From positions 41,850,001 to 41,914,000 of the forward strand of contig OZ365111.1 in the NCBI GenBank assembly GCA_977030845.1: 64,000 bases of DNA, given 5' to 3'. Both the position numbers and the translations under genes were made by a program. The notes beneath the pieces were generated by a model. That model was given only the letters and a program-made list of their open reading frames with translations. It was not told the origin of the DNA and ran no database searches. This document shows, piece by piece, positions 48,726 to 59,196 of this stretch. The first letter of the stretch is position 1; each line of letters opens with the position of its first letter. The DNA comes from Fimbriosthenelais zetlandica (lineage: Eukaryota).

Positions 48726-48990
48726 AACGTCGCAGCTCAAGGCGCATGGGTTGTGAAAGAAAAAGTGACATTGACTCGCCTCAATTTATATTTAATATAG
48801 AAGACGTCACTATGAGCGCCCACAAATCAACTGGCAGACACAGTTTCATAACACGTAGGGATACACAACATCCTCTCATGTGTATGTGAGCTAATGAAAC
48901 GCTTCTTTTTAGCGGAGACAGTCCCCAGATACTTTGACTCAGGCTACACTGAAAAGAATCCCTTTATGTTTTTATTAACCAAAATAAACC
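48726..48990 (+). pseudogene. Possible heavily decayed aspartic protease remnant
   Basis: Translation with stops gives ...FNIEDVTMSAHKSTGRHSFITRR...M*ANETLLFSG..., loosely positioned like the (L)xDTGAxxSxI and ANGxxxxxG motifs. The catalytic Asp is absent. Weak. Confidence 0.28.
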
Positions 48991-49446
48991 CACGCTTACT
49001 TCATAGTTTCTGGTATTTTGATACTTATAAACGTAAATTCTGACTTTATGTTCCGGGTTCAGTTATAATGGACTTATGATAGTGAACTGTCTGGGTGCAA
49101 TTTGTGGCTTGTCGATCTAAATGATGAATTGGTAGCTTCATTGTTAGGAAAAGAACCCCAAACTTCGGGTTGTTTTAGCACTAGATCCACTATTAATCAG
49201 ATTATCTGGCAACAAAGATCCAACCATATGTAAACCATGAATTATAAAATGTATGGAAATACGACAAAGCTTTATCGGATAAAAAAATGGTAAAATTCAA
49301 TATAGGGGCCTAATTATCAAGATTTGTTTTAATGTGTAGTAAGTGGAATTTTGTTGACAAAAAATATACTTAGTATTTCATATATCCTTTAACAAGGAAA
49401 TGATTGTAAACAAGATCCCATTATTAAAACTATATTTTTTTTTCAG

Positions 49447-49655
49447 TTTGTCAGGGTAAGCCTGCTGATGTCGTCTTTGTTCTCGACTCCAGCGGTTCCA
49501 TCTCAGGCCCGGACTTTGTCCGCCAACTCGACTTCGTCCGAGGGGTCATCAACATATTCGACATGTCCCCAAGGATGACTCGAGTAGGGGCAGTCTCCTT
49601 CTCCAACTGGCCTTTTATCGACTTCTATCTGAACACATTTCAAACAAAACATCAG
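49447..49655 (+). CDS. Right VWA gene, exon encoding N-half of VWA domain 1 (missing from the ORF track)
   Basis: Acceptor (t)n-cag. Reads (I)CQGKPADVVFVLDSSGSISGPDFVRQLDFVRGVINIFDMSPRMTRVGAVSFSNWPFIDFYLNTFQTKHQ, donor CAG|gtaaat in phase 0. DxSxS is intact. Confidence 0.9.
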
Positions 49656-49982
49656 GTAAATTGATCAGGGATACGTTTATAATAGGTATATATAGGCCTG
49701 GGCCTACCCTATTAGAGCAGCGACAAAAATTGAGCCATTTTCCCCATCAGCAGATAATTTTTCTAATCCTTCTACCATTACCACTGACAATGGTCCTTCT
49801 ATATAGCAATCAGACAGTAGCATATAATGTGGGCCTAATGATATAGGGTGTCCATGAAAAAGCTATATTTCAGCAAAATACAGCTGAAAATCATTAAAGC
49901 AAAAGCCAGTTCGTACCATCAGTGATTCGTCCAAGAAAAGGTTTTCTGTATTTTTATGATTTCTAATAACCTCTTTCAAAAG

Positions 49983-50340
49983 GTGAGGCGAGCTATTGGG
50001 AAGATCCGCCAGATCCATGGCGACACCAACACCGCCTCAGCACTGGCCTTCACGCGAGATGTCGCATTCTCAGCGTCGCACGGTGCACGACGCGACATCC
50101 CACAAATCGCCATTGTGTTGACCGATGGCAAGTCCAACAAACCCTGGATGACTGCCAGAGAAGCAGTGAAGGCCAAATTTGCTGGTATACATGTGTTCGC
50201 CATAGGAATTGGCGACGAAGTGGACTTGAAGGAACTTCGAGCAATCGCTTCTGAACCTCCATCGAGATACTTATTCCATGTATCCTCGTACTTTGCACTC
50301 AAGTCCATCAAAGAGTTTCTTGCCATTGAAACGTGTAGAG
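49983..50340 (+). CDS. Right VWA gene, exon encoding C-half of VWA domain 1
   Basis: Reads VRRAIGKIRQIHGDTNTASAL...IAIVLTDGKS...HVFAIGIG...LRAIASEP...IETCR, donor G|gtaagg. 358 nt, phase 0 to 1. Lies within ORF 49956-50432. Confidence 0.92.
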
Positions 50341-51385
50341 GTAAGGATCGCACTTCTTCTTTACTCGCTCACAAATTCATGACATGTGTTAGAATGTCAA
50401 CTACTGACTATAGTAGGCTATACCAAAAATAATGTCCAACACTCTTGAAATGGTAAAATGCAAGGAGAAATAGGTTATCATTCAATTTTTACTATCACTC
50501 CCATTAGATTACTTTTCAGAATTTACCTAAAGGTCATATTTTACTACGTTTGAATTAGTTTGGAAATTCCTGTTGTAAATTTGTGGCATGGCGATTTTAT
50601 GAACAAAATGTTGCATATCCTTTCTATGAAATGGGATTACTAATGCGTCCTTAATTAGCTGGCAGAACTGCAGAACCCCTCTAGACGGTACTTTTCACAT
50701 GATAACAAATGACAAGCTCAGTCCAACATGTTTTCATGCGTTCCACCGAACCACATTGGATTAAAAATACCTTGGAATGCCAGTGATATTTTTCTACAAC
50801 ATGTATGAATGGCTAAACGGGATGTCAAGAGTGCCAGACAGGATTTTCCCTTTGCCTTTGTGACCTATTGTGTTTTGGGGATCACTTCGCGGATGAAAAT
50901 TGAAGTTTAGTTCACACTAAAAGTCCCTCTTATAGTTGAGAGCTCAGTGGGTGTACTTTACACTCTTTACCCTCTAATTTGCCCGTTATATCATTTGGAA
51001 TCCATCACTCGTCATTCTACCAAACATCTACCATCCACCGCTTTACACATAGTCAGAGGAGAAAACTGTCACTTGAAAGACACCCTCATCTCGTTGCTCC
51101 ATCCATCATCAATTTTTAACAAGTCCAGATCCCAACTAAACAGGTGCTTTCATAGCATCACGCCAACTCAAAAGGCAAAATTTGAAAAGCACGCCTGGGG
51201 CTGACCAAAATCCCCGTCCCTGTATTGTCCATAAGATTTGAACGCTTAATGTATTTTCCACGGCAGGGGTGCGCAGGGCCATGTCAGCGAGTGTCTGAAA
51301 ATGTATGTCTATTATCAAATGGATAAAAAAATAGAATCGCTTGAAGTGGATGGGTATTTGATTCTTTGTTTGATTTCAATTTCAG

Positions 51386-51445
51386 TCACTGATCCGCCCA
51401 CACCAGTGCCAGTTTTCACAACTTTACCACCTGTACCGCCAAGAG
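51386..51445 (+). CDS. Right VWA gene, Pro/Thr linker exon (VTDPPTPVPVFTTLPPVPPR)
   Basis: Acceptor ttcaatttcag, donor G|gtaggc, 60 nt, phase 1-1. Resembles the left gene's linker start VTNPPTTIPP. Confidence 0.75.
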
Positions 51446-51798
51446 GTAGGCATTCCCAGCCTTTAAATTTGTTTTATGTTTTGGACACACTAGGACGATC
51501 ATTTCACCTTCAGTTGAAGCTAATATTGTTACTTTGAAACATAATCATTTGGTTGCTTATATTTGTAAATCGGTGTAATGTGTCCCTGCATGTACATGTA
51601 TAAGATAGTGTATCATACAGTATTTTGATTCTTATGACTGACAGTCTGTATCCGATAGTGGAACCATGCATGTAGGCCTGTGACCGCCATTAATTTGGCC
51701 TATGTGTTGGGCCTATCTATTGGCAGAACTGTCACGATAGAATACTTTATAGCTCTCGAACTACAAGAACATTAACTTAACTTTATATTTTCTTACAG

Positions 51799-52365
51799 CA
51801 TGTGGTGATGCTGAGCTAGCAGACATTGTTTTTGGGCCCTCCCCAACCTCGAGCCCAGAAAACACGGTCAAGACCCTCGAGTTCTTCCGTGACGTCACAT
51901 CCACATTCGACATTGACGACGGACGTGTCCGCATCGGTCTGGCACCTAAAATATGTCCAGCTGCACCCGACCTGAACATTCGTGACTTCACAGAAAAAGA
52001 AGACGTCCTCGAACAACTGACTACCATGCAAACCGTGCGCACATCCCCAGTTACTGTGCTTCGTCACATCCGGCAGCAAAGTTTCAAACCTAAAAATGGC
52101 GGACGTCCCGGGGCGAAAAAAATAGCCATACAGATCATAGATAGTTATGACGCTAAGAACATGATCCATATCATGAGGGAAGCTTTCCAAATGGGGCTCC
52201 AAGACAATATAGAACTGTTTGTAATAGGTGTTGGGAATAACTTATCACGGTCTGATTTAGAGAGCATGACCATAGCACCTGCTTCCAGACATGTGCTCAT
52301 GGTGAAGAATTACGACCAACTCTTCCTAAAAGTGGAACGCCTACGTAATATGGTGTGCCCTCCCT
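51799..52365 (+). CDS. Right VWA gene, exon encoding degenerate VWA domain 2 (MIDAS lost)
   Basis: Acceptor ttttcttacag. Reads (A)CGDAELADIVFGPSPTSSPENTVKTLEFFRDVTSTFDIDDGRVRIGLAPKIC...GAKKIAIQII...IELFVIGVG...VLMVKNYDQL...MVCPP, donor T|gtaagt. 567 nt, phase 1-1. The ORF track shows only the part from 52026. Confidence 0.88.
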
Positions 52366-52572
52366 GTAAGTCCTATATGGTTTATTTTCAGTGTAGTTTA
52401 ATAATGACAATGAACTATGAAACATAATCTAACTCACCAGAATATTCCTTCTGAAATCATTTGTTAATTCTATGAATATTAAAGACCACAAAATTAGTTT
52501 CTTGAACACGTAAAATGTAAAAAAGCACCCAGATTACTATGTTGATATTTACAATTTGTTTAATCTCCTTAG

Positions 52573-52586
52573 ACTGCATTCTCTGA
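52573..52586 (+). CDS. Right VWA gene, probable terminal coding exon (Y-C-I-L-stop)
   Basis: Acceptor ttgtttaatctccttag at 52571-52572, then AC TGC ATT CTC TGA. An alternative acceptor at 52621 gives an immediate split TGA. The first option gives a total CDS of 1293 nt (430 aa). Confidence 0.45.
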
Positions 52587-53844
52587 GCAGGATCTTAGAC
52601 TCTATTATTGCTCTGTTTCAGGATAAAATTCAAGACAATAAGAAGAGGGGAGCAGTCCACTGGGTGGACCAAGAATGGATCTGATACGAGTACTGAAGTC
52701 ACAAGAAATGGGCGTTAGAGGAAGGACGTTGAGTATCCTTGAAGCTCATTAAAATATTCCAAGTTCTCTTATCAGGTGCTAGGAATCTGGTAGTATCCCT
52801 TATACTTCCATATCAATTCCCTGCAGGCTATCACACATAAACCTTAGAAATGTACTTCATGAATGACAGTATAATTATGTGTATGATCATTGGTCCCATT
52901 TCATAAGAGAGATATGATGGCAATAATGGGTCTACAATGTAGTGCAGCCTTATTTTTTTCTAAAACAAACAACTGTTTTATATTGTTCTCTTAATCTGTG
53001 AGTTCCTAATCATGTCCCAACTACATATTCTATGTTCATTGCAACAATGAATTTTAGTAGGCCTATAATAATTTTTGTTGTAAGTATTTTTCTGCCCCAA
53101 AAATCTCAGAAGAGACAGATAGCCAAACCATTGACGAATATCGCTTAAGCAATAAGTCGGTTTATGAAACGGGCCATCTAGTACACATATATTATACTGT
53201 TCAAAAGTAGCGTAGAGATTCTTGTTCCACGTTTTATCAAAGGTCTGGATTGTAGATTGTAAATTATTGTCCGGTGATGAAGATATAAAAGGCAGTGCCT
53301 TTCTTACATTGTGTATATAGATATAGACAGACCTATATGACTTTGGAGCTTCCTACCTTATATATACTTATACATAAGCCACGTTTTATGGTGCTCACTG
53401 AATTGATAATTGTTTCCATGTTAGCCAGCAAAAAATACTTATAAGGTTATTGCGACTCGTGTTTAATAACACATAGGAGATGTAATTTTTCCATTTTCTT
53501 TTTTCTTGAAAATTGTCGTATGTCGTCGTCAGAACAGGGATAAATTCTGTATATATATGGCTTAAAATTATTGAATTTGTAGAAATTTATTCACAATAGC
53601 AGACGGAAAATCCTTTGCTTGTACATAGGCTTTATTTATTTTAGTGGTACTGAAGAGACTCAGACAGTGGAAAATATTGGTTATGAAGCGACTCATGTTG
53701 TCTTCCATTGAAAGTCGTATTTAGAGATATTTTTCAAACGCACATTAAAACAGTAGAAATATTTATTACAATAGAAAGAAAAAAAATTAAGGCGGGGGGC
53801 GGTGGGGGGGGGGGCGGGGCTATCAATGCATTGCTTATACTTAA

Positions 53845-53930
53845 GGCCTGTTTCATAATGACAATGCGCTACATTAGCCTGACAATAGTTGCGTGACTAA
53901 TGTAGTGCATCATTGTCAGGAAACAGGCTC
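53845..53930. mobile_element. Fold-back MITE with GGCCTGTTTC termini
   Basis: ggcctgtttcataatgacaatgcgctacattagc pairs imperfectly with actaatgtagtgcatcattgtcaggaaacaggct. Confidence 0.5.
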
Positions 53931-55554
53931 AAAACCCATCTCCATTCTTTTAAAGTTAATGCCGAATCATACTATGTAAGAGTTTATTTAATTGCCCAGT
54001 GGCCAGCCTATTGAATAATGTTAGTCAAAAGGGATTGAATCGTCTGCAAAAATACTCCCTTGACTCGTCAAATGTACGCAAAAGAAACATTTTTTAATTG
54101 ATTTTCTTTCAACGATTTGTATGTACACGTTCTAGATAGAGAACAATATTTAAATTCCAAAAGATTGATTCAAAACAGATGTCGAATCATTAAAGTCCTG
54201 CCATTTTAATTCGTACAATTATACCAAACAATGATAACGGTAAAACTGTGTTAGTTATTCAGATGTGAGCGATTCAAATTTCACTTAAAGTGTATATGAT
54301 TTCTAATCTCGCATGGTTTTAAATGTACTGTCTATAATCCTTTTGCGTCAGCAGTCAAATACATAAACATGTAAGCCCATGTTATGCAATACATTTTTAA
54401 GAATTCATCCTTAGCATGTTTGTAAGATCAACGATATCCACTCCCAATTCTAACTTCAGTGTAAGGGAAAGTAGCACTTATTTTGTGCTATCTATAGCAA
54501 GTTTATTGTTGGTTTAGAAAGACAGCCCTACTTCTTTAGCCTTTCATGTAAACTTTGGTACGGAAATGGTCTAACTCAAACAGTTATACCACACTATTTT
54601 ACCAGAAAAAAGAACTTCATAAGAATAAGACTTTATACCCTAACACTATTTAAGACCATCGTGTCTACCAGTTATGTATTTCACCATCAAAGGCAAGAAC
54701 AGATATTTTAAGAATCATTTGTGCTGACGGCTTCGGTTTATGAAAAACAGAAGAGACTTTATGCTGTGATACGGTAAAGAGAAGCTACACTGAAATAGAT
54801 ATAGAACTGACAGACGAGTCTGCATCTCAAAAACCAAAGACTTTACATAACTCCTTAGCTTCGTATGTTACCTTTTTAACCAGTATACAAGCCTTCCCTG
54901 AGAACCTATACCGATTGCAGGAAACAAGATGGGTCCTCAGCTTTCAGGAAGTGTAAAAAATAGATTTAAAAATATATTTAAATAAATTCTCTACTACGTC
55001 AAAAGCTGGTAGACCTAATAATTGTCAAAAAAAATGTGAACTATTAGAATAATCTTCATTGTGTTTTCATATTGTAAATATTCTTCATCACTCATCACAT
55101 TTCGTTGTAAATAGAATCATTAAATGATATTTTTGTAGGCAAAAATAAACGTGTAAAACCAAGTAAATCTTGTTTTCCATTTTTGCTTTTGAGGATTCGC
55201 CCCCAGCGAAAGAAAGACTTTCATCCAAACACTTCTTGGGAGGTTTATTTCATGAACAAATCGGTATTTATTTTTTGAGCAGTGAGAATTATTTGGACTG
55301 CTGATTTATGTAACCTCTTTGTATATCTCCACACCCATGCTTCGTTTGTCTATGTGTAGATATTTTTTTGCCTCTACGGACAAGTAAATCCATGGGAATG
55401 GGGAAGGGTTAGAGAGAGAAACTTGGTATGAACGTGTAAACAATCAGTCCAAACCAATGATGATGATAGGAAGCATGGAGCAGTCTTCAGGTTGTGAGCA
55501 TATCGCCTGTTCCCATTAAATCATTAACTAAGTAAATTAGACTATAAGTAATCT

Positions 55555-55880
55555 GGGGACTTAAGGGCGAGATCCACCGAAGTCATACAGATGACCCTAT
55601 ATCCAATCAGGTCTTATGCGCCTAACTTAGAAGACTTAGGTCATCTAAGGGTCATTTAAGGTCATTAGGTTATTGAGGTCTTATTGTCTAAATGTCCAAA
55701 ACTTAAAGCAGATCTAATGAGGTCTTAAGGGCGTAACGATGTCCCAAGATTAAGGAGACAGGTCTGAGGTTTTAGGGCCAAAAGTTGTCCCTAGCTTAAA
55801 GTAGACCTATACTGCATGAGGTCTTATAGGACCTATCCCTAGCTTAAGACTTACGGGGTCTTAGGGCGTAAAGATGTCTC
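55555..55880. repeat. Cluster of short AGGTCTTA(A/G)GGGC-type motifs
   Basis: At least six variants, including gtcttaagggcgtaacgatgtc (55722) and gtcttagggcgtaaagatgtc (55858). Confidence 0.6.
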
Positions 55881-57287
55881 TGTCTTACGGCAGAACTACT
55901 GAGGCACTCTCTTCAGTATACTACAGTGGATCCAACCTTTAGAACTCTGACAAGTTTTTAAGCTTTCATACATGTTTTTATAACTTTAGAACCTTTCCCC
56001 AAGCATCAGCTCTAAATCCATATAGAAAGACCTGAGTGTGGACAAGATACTGTAGTTAGTTCTATTTAGACCATGGGAGAGTTCGGCACAGGAGGAATTG
56101 AAGAGAGATATGGAAAGAAAAATGGAAGACAAATTGGTGAGACAGAAAAGGGGGAAAGACTAAGAAAAGGCGAAAGAAAACTGAAAAACAAGCACATGAA
56201 AACGTTTAATGAAATGAAGCTGCTCAAGTAATAATCGTAGTAATTAAAGTTGCTAGCCCATTGGATTACTGAAGGAAACAACTGTGGACAAAAATGTCCT
56301 ACGCAACTAATTTTAGGGTGCAGTCCAGGATTAGGGTTTGTAGCAGGGTTAGCAGCCCCCAATATCATGATCCTATGCATGTAAATCTTACACGCCCATG
56401 GTACACGATGATATATTGAAAAGGTTTAATTTTCACATCATTATGCTAGTAAAGTAAAGACATGGTAATATTATATGGCAATATTTTGTAAAGTATAATC
56501 CAAAAACAACACCCTTGCTCTGACGAATGTTTACATCTTTTCGGCAATATAATTTTTTATATAAAAAGAAGGAAGCAATAAATAACTCTTAAGTTGGCAC
56601 TGTCGTTAGTTTTGTATGGTGAACAGGTGCTACATGGAAGATGATGGTAAAACAGACTGACATGAGGAGGTCTATAATAAACACTGTAGCCAGCCTCTCA
56701 TTCATGGAGGTAGAATGTATAGGAGGCAGCCAGGTGGGCCAACTCAGCCTTAGCCAGTTCTGACGTCATCATTTCTGTTCCCATTACATGGAGTAGGTGA
56801 AGTGCGTGTAACTGGAGCTGGCGATGAAAAGCTAGCCCAGTCGGAGGAGGCTATGCTGGCACCCTGCACAACCCCCAGATGAGTGCGGGCAACCGCGGGG
56901 AGGGCGCTCCCCACGACAACAGCAGTCGGGGGTAGACTTGTGTGAGACTCATCAGGGGGCTGAGGTGGACAAAAGGGATCTTGGGGATGAACAACACAAC
57001 TAAGATTGTTGATAAACGCCCATCGACAAATGACCATCGGGGTTGTTTATGGACTGGCCATGCATCAAGGCTGTTGTGTCCGGCCATCAAGGCGCTTGCA
57101 GGGTTTCATCAAGGGTTTTGTAGGGGTGTGACTGCCCTGGAATTGAGACCTGGTCATCAGGGCTAGTGTTGTTTGGATAACAATGCTGTTGTTGGCTGGC
57201 AATCAAGACTCTTGTGGGCTGACTAGCAGCGATCTTGTGGGTTGGCCATCAAGCCTTTGTGGGCTGGACTGCAGGGCTTTTGGGGCC

Positions 57288-57431
57288 GGACTTCTTGGTT
57301 GGCCATCAAGACTTTTGTGGTCTGGACTTCTGGGTTGGCCATTAAGACTTTTGTGGGCTGGACTTCTGGGTAGGCCATCAAGACTTTTGTGGGCTGGACT
57401 TCTGGGTTGGCCATCAAGACTTTTGTGGCAT
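57288..57431. repeat. 36-bp minisatellite, 4 near-perfect copies with degenerate flanks (about 57190-57520)
   Basis: Unit ggacttctgggttggccatcaagacttttgtgggct starts at 57288, 57324, 57360 and 57396. Confidence 0.95.
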
Positions 57432-59196
57432 GGATTCTAGTTGGCCTATGTGGGCTGGACTTCCTGTTGGCCTATGTAGGTTGGACTACTGGGCAGACCA
57501 TCAGGTTTTTTGTTGGCTTCATCAGGGGCCCATTTAGTAATTATTTACAATGTAGAATATTATAAAGGGTGTTGTTTTCCATATGACCATCGAATCTCCT
57601 ATTTGGTTGGCTCAAACTCAGTTTGAAATTACCAAGCTACAAAATGCGTACTAATGGTTTGGATGACCACAGCTGCATGAAGACTTACGCAAGGCGCATA
57701 AGACACTTGTAGACCTGTGGCAAAGAGGAGGTGGATGCTAATTATTATGGTGAATGGCATATGTTTGGTGCAAGCTGAAAGACATATGTTCAGTACCCAA
57801 ATCCTACGTTGGAAGTTGGAAAACACATGTGGCTGTAAGGCTAGAAGTTGGGTGACTTCATCATCTTTAAACTGGTTTGAGATCGGGCGGAAATGTGCAA
57901 TATGGATCCTTTGGTGAAGAAAAATTGGCCAAAATTGGCCAAAAGTTCTTCGCAGGAGAGATAAGTGCACAGATCGATTCAACATTAATGATGTATGTGT
58001 GAATACTGCCGAAACAACCAAACATGAAAGGTTCATGTTGTGCTCCTTATGCATAATCTAGAATTTTCTCAGGTGGAAAGACAGATGGCCATGTGTCCTC
58101 AGTCTCCAGCTTTTGCTTTTCTATTATGATATCAGGCACGGTGAACACCACCTGGTTTATGACGTCACAGATTCAAGTCTGTCAAGGAAAACCCACACCA
58201 AGCTGAGGAATAGATGGATCGAGCTGCTTTGCTCGAGGGAGAAAACGTCAGTAGCTTGTCAATTTGGCAAACTGACATCGGGGAAGAAAGGTCTGAATTT
58301 TTCAACGTCAACTAAGAAGTTTAAAGATCTAATCAGAATTTCTATATCGGAATCTGACAGGCATCTGACAAGGGCATCGGAAAAGTGTGCAAAACGTGTG
58401 AATTCACCAATAGGAGATCTTTATAATTGTTTAACCTAAAGTTGATAAATATTCAAATAGCCATGCGAATAATATAATGTAAAACAAAACGTCTGAGAAT
58501 GCAGTAATATTCTATTCTAATGAGCTAATTACATGTATATTGATTGATAAATATGTTCGAAGCCTAGGGAGAGCTTGAACCTGCCTTAACCACTATAATG
58601 AACAGCTGGTAGTAAAAGTACTATGGGCCCTAGTGTATTCCAGCCTCTCAGCTCACATTCCTCTTTGCCTATCACTGTTCCCATCAGTAAACAATTACTT
58701 ATCGGTCTCATCTAGCAGAGCATTGTCAGGTGTGTGCCAACATTTAGATGGATCTCCACTTTTTTCATTCATTTAGGTCCTAAATGTTTATAATCCATCC
58801 ATCATTTGTGCCTAAACTTACTAAATACATGACTCGTGCCTGCACTTCTAATGGATGACCACTCTTTTATGTTTTCGATGTTAGAGATAAACACAAAGTA
58901 TTTGAGGTATGTATTAGGAGCAAAGTTTTTAAAAATTCACTTATTTCGGGAGCAAAACGTTCTAGTCACTGACCTTTGGAATTTGCAATTCTTCTTACAT
59001 AATCAGGTTATTTACAGGACTATTGTAGCCTAAAGATGTGCATAATGTTACAGCTGTTGGTCGACTGACCCATCTGTACCTGCTAATGGACTGACCCATG
59101 TAGGCCTACATGATCCTTTCTGAAGCACCAACCAATGTATCTTTATTGAATCAGATGAAGCGATCCCTTGCTAGTAGCTAGACCTGTCATACCTTA

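Larger units (their letters stand above)
47044..48990 (+). mobile_element. Truncated Ty3/Gypsy-type LTR retrotransposon (5' LTR + PBS + intact gag, pol decayed or absent, no 3' LTR seen) in intron 2 of the right VWA gene
   Basis: TG...CA bounded LTR-like segment, then TGG PBS, then gag ORF. The right boundary is uncertain. No second copy of the LTR and no RT, RNaseH or integrase motifs were seen before the next host exon at 49447. Confidence 0.75.

Noticed and set aside
48397-48771. Three minus-strand ORFs (124, 61 and 98 aa) overlapping the gag 3' end
   Set aside because: Antisense shadows of the repetitive gag tail, with no independent motifs.
49229-49238. tgtaaaccat, identical to the first 10 nt of the LTR, as a possible 3' LTR start
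   Set aside because: Similarity stops after 10 nt and there is no polypurine tract before it.
47331-49447. Possible Gag-VWA or signal peptide-Gag fusion by splicing
   Set aside because: The LTR acceptor at 47293 is out of frame with gag when joined to host exon 2. I found no strong phase-1 donor in gag to join exon 49447. Not excluded without RNA data.
57629-58439. 141-aa and 108-aa ORFs
   Set aside because: No recognisable domain, no convincing splice signals and no codon-like pattern.
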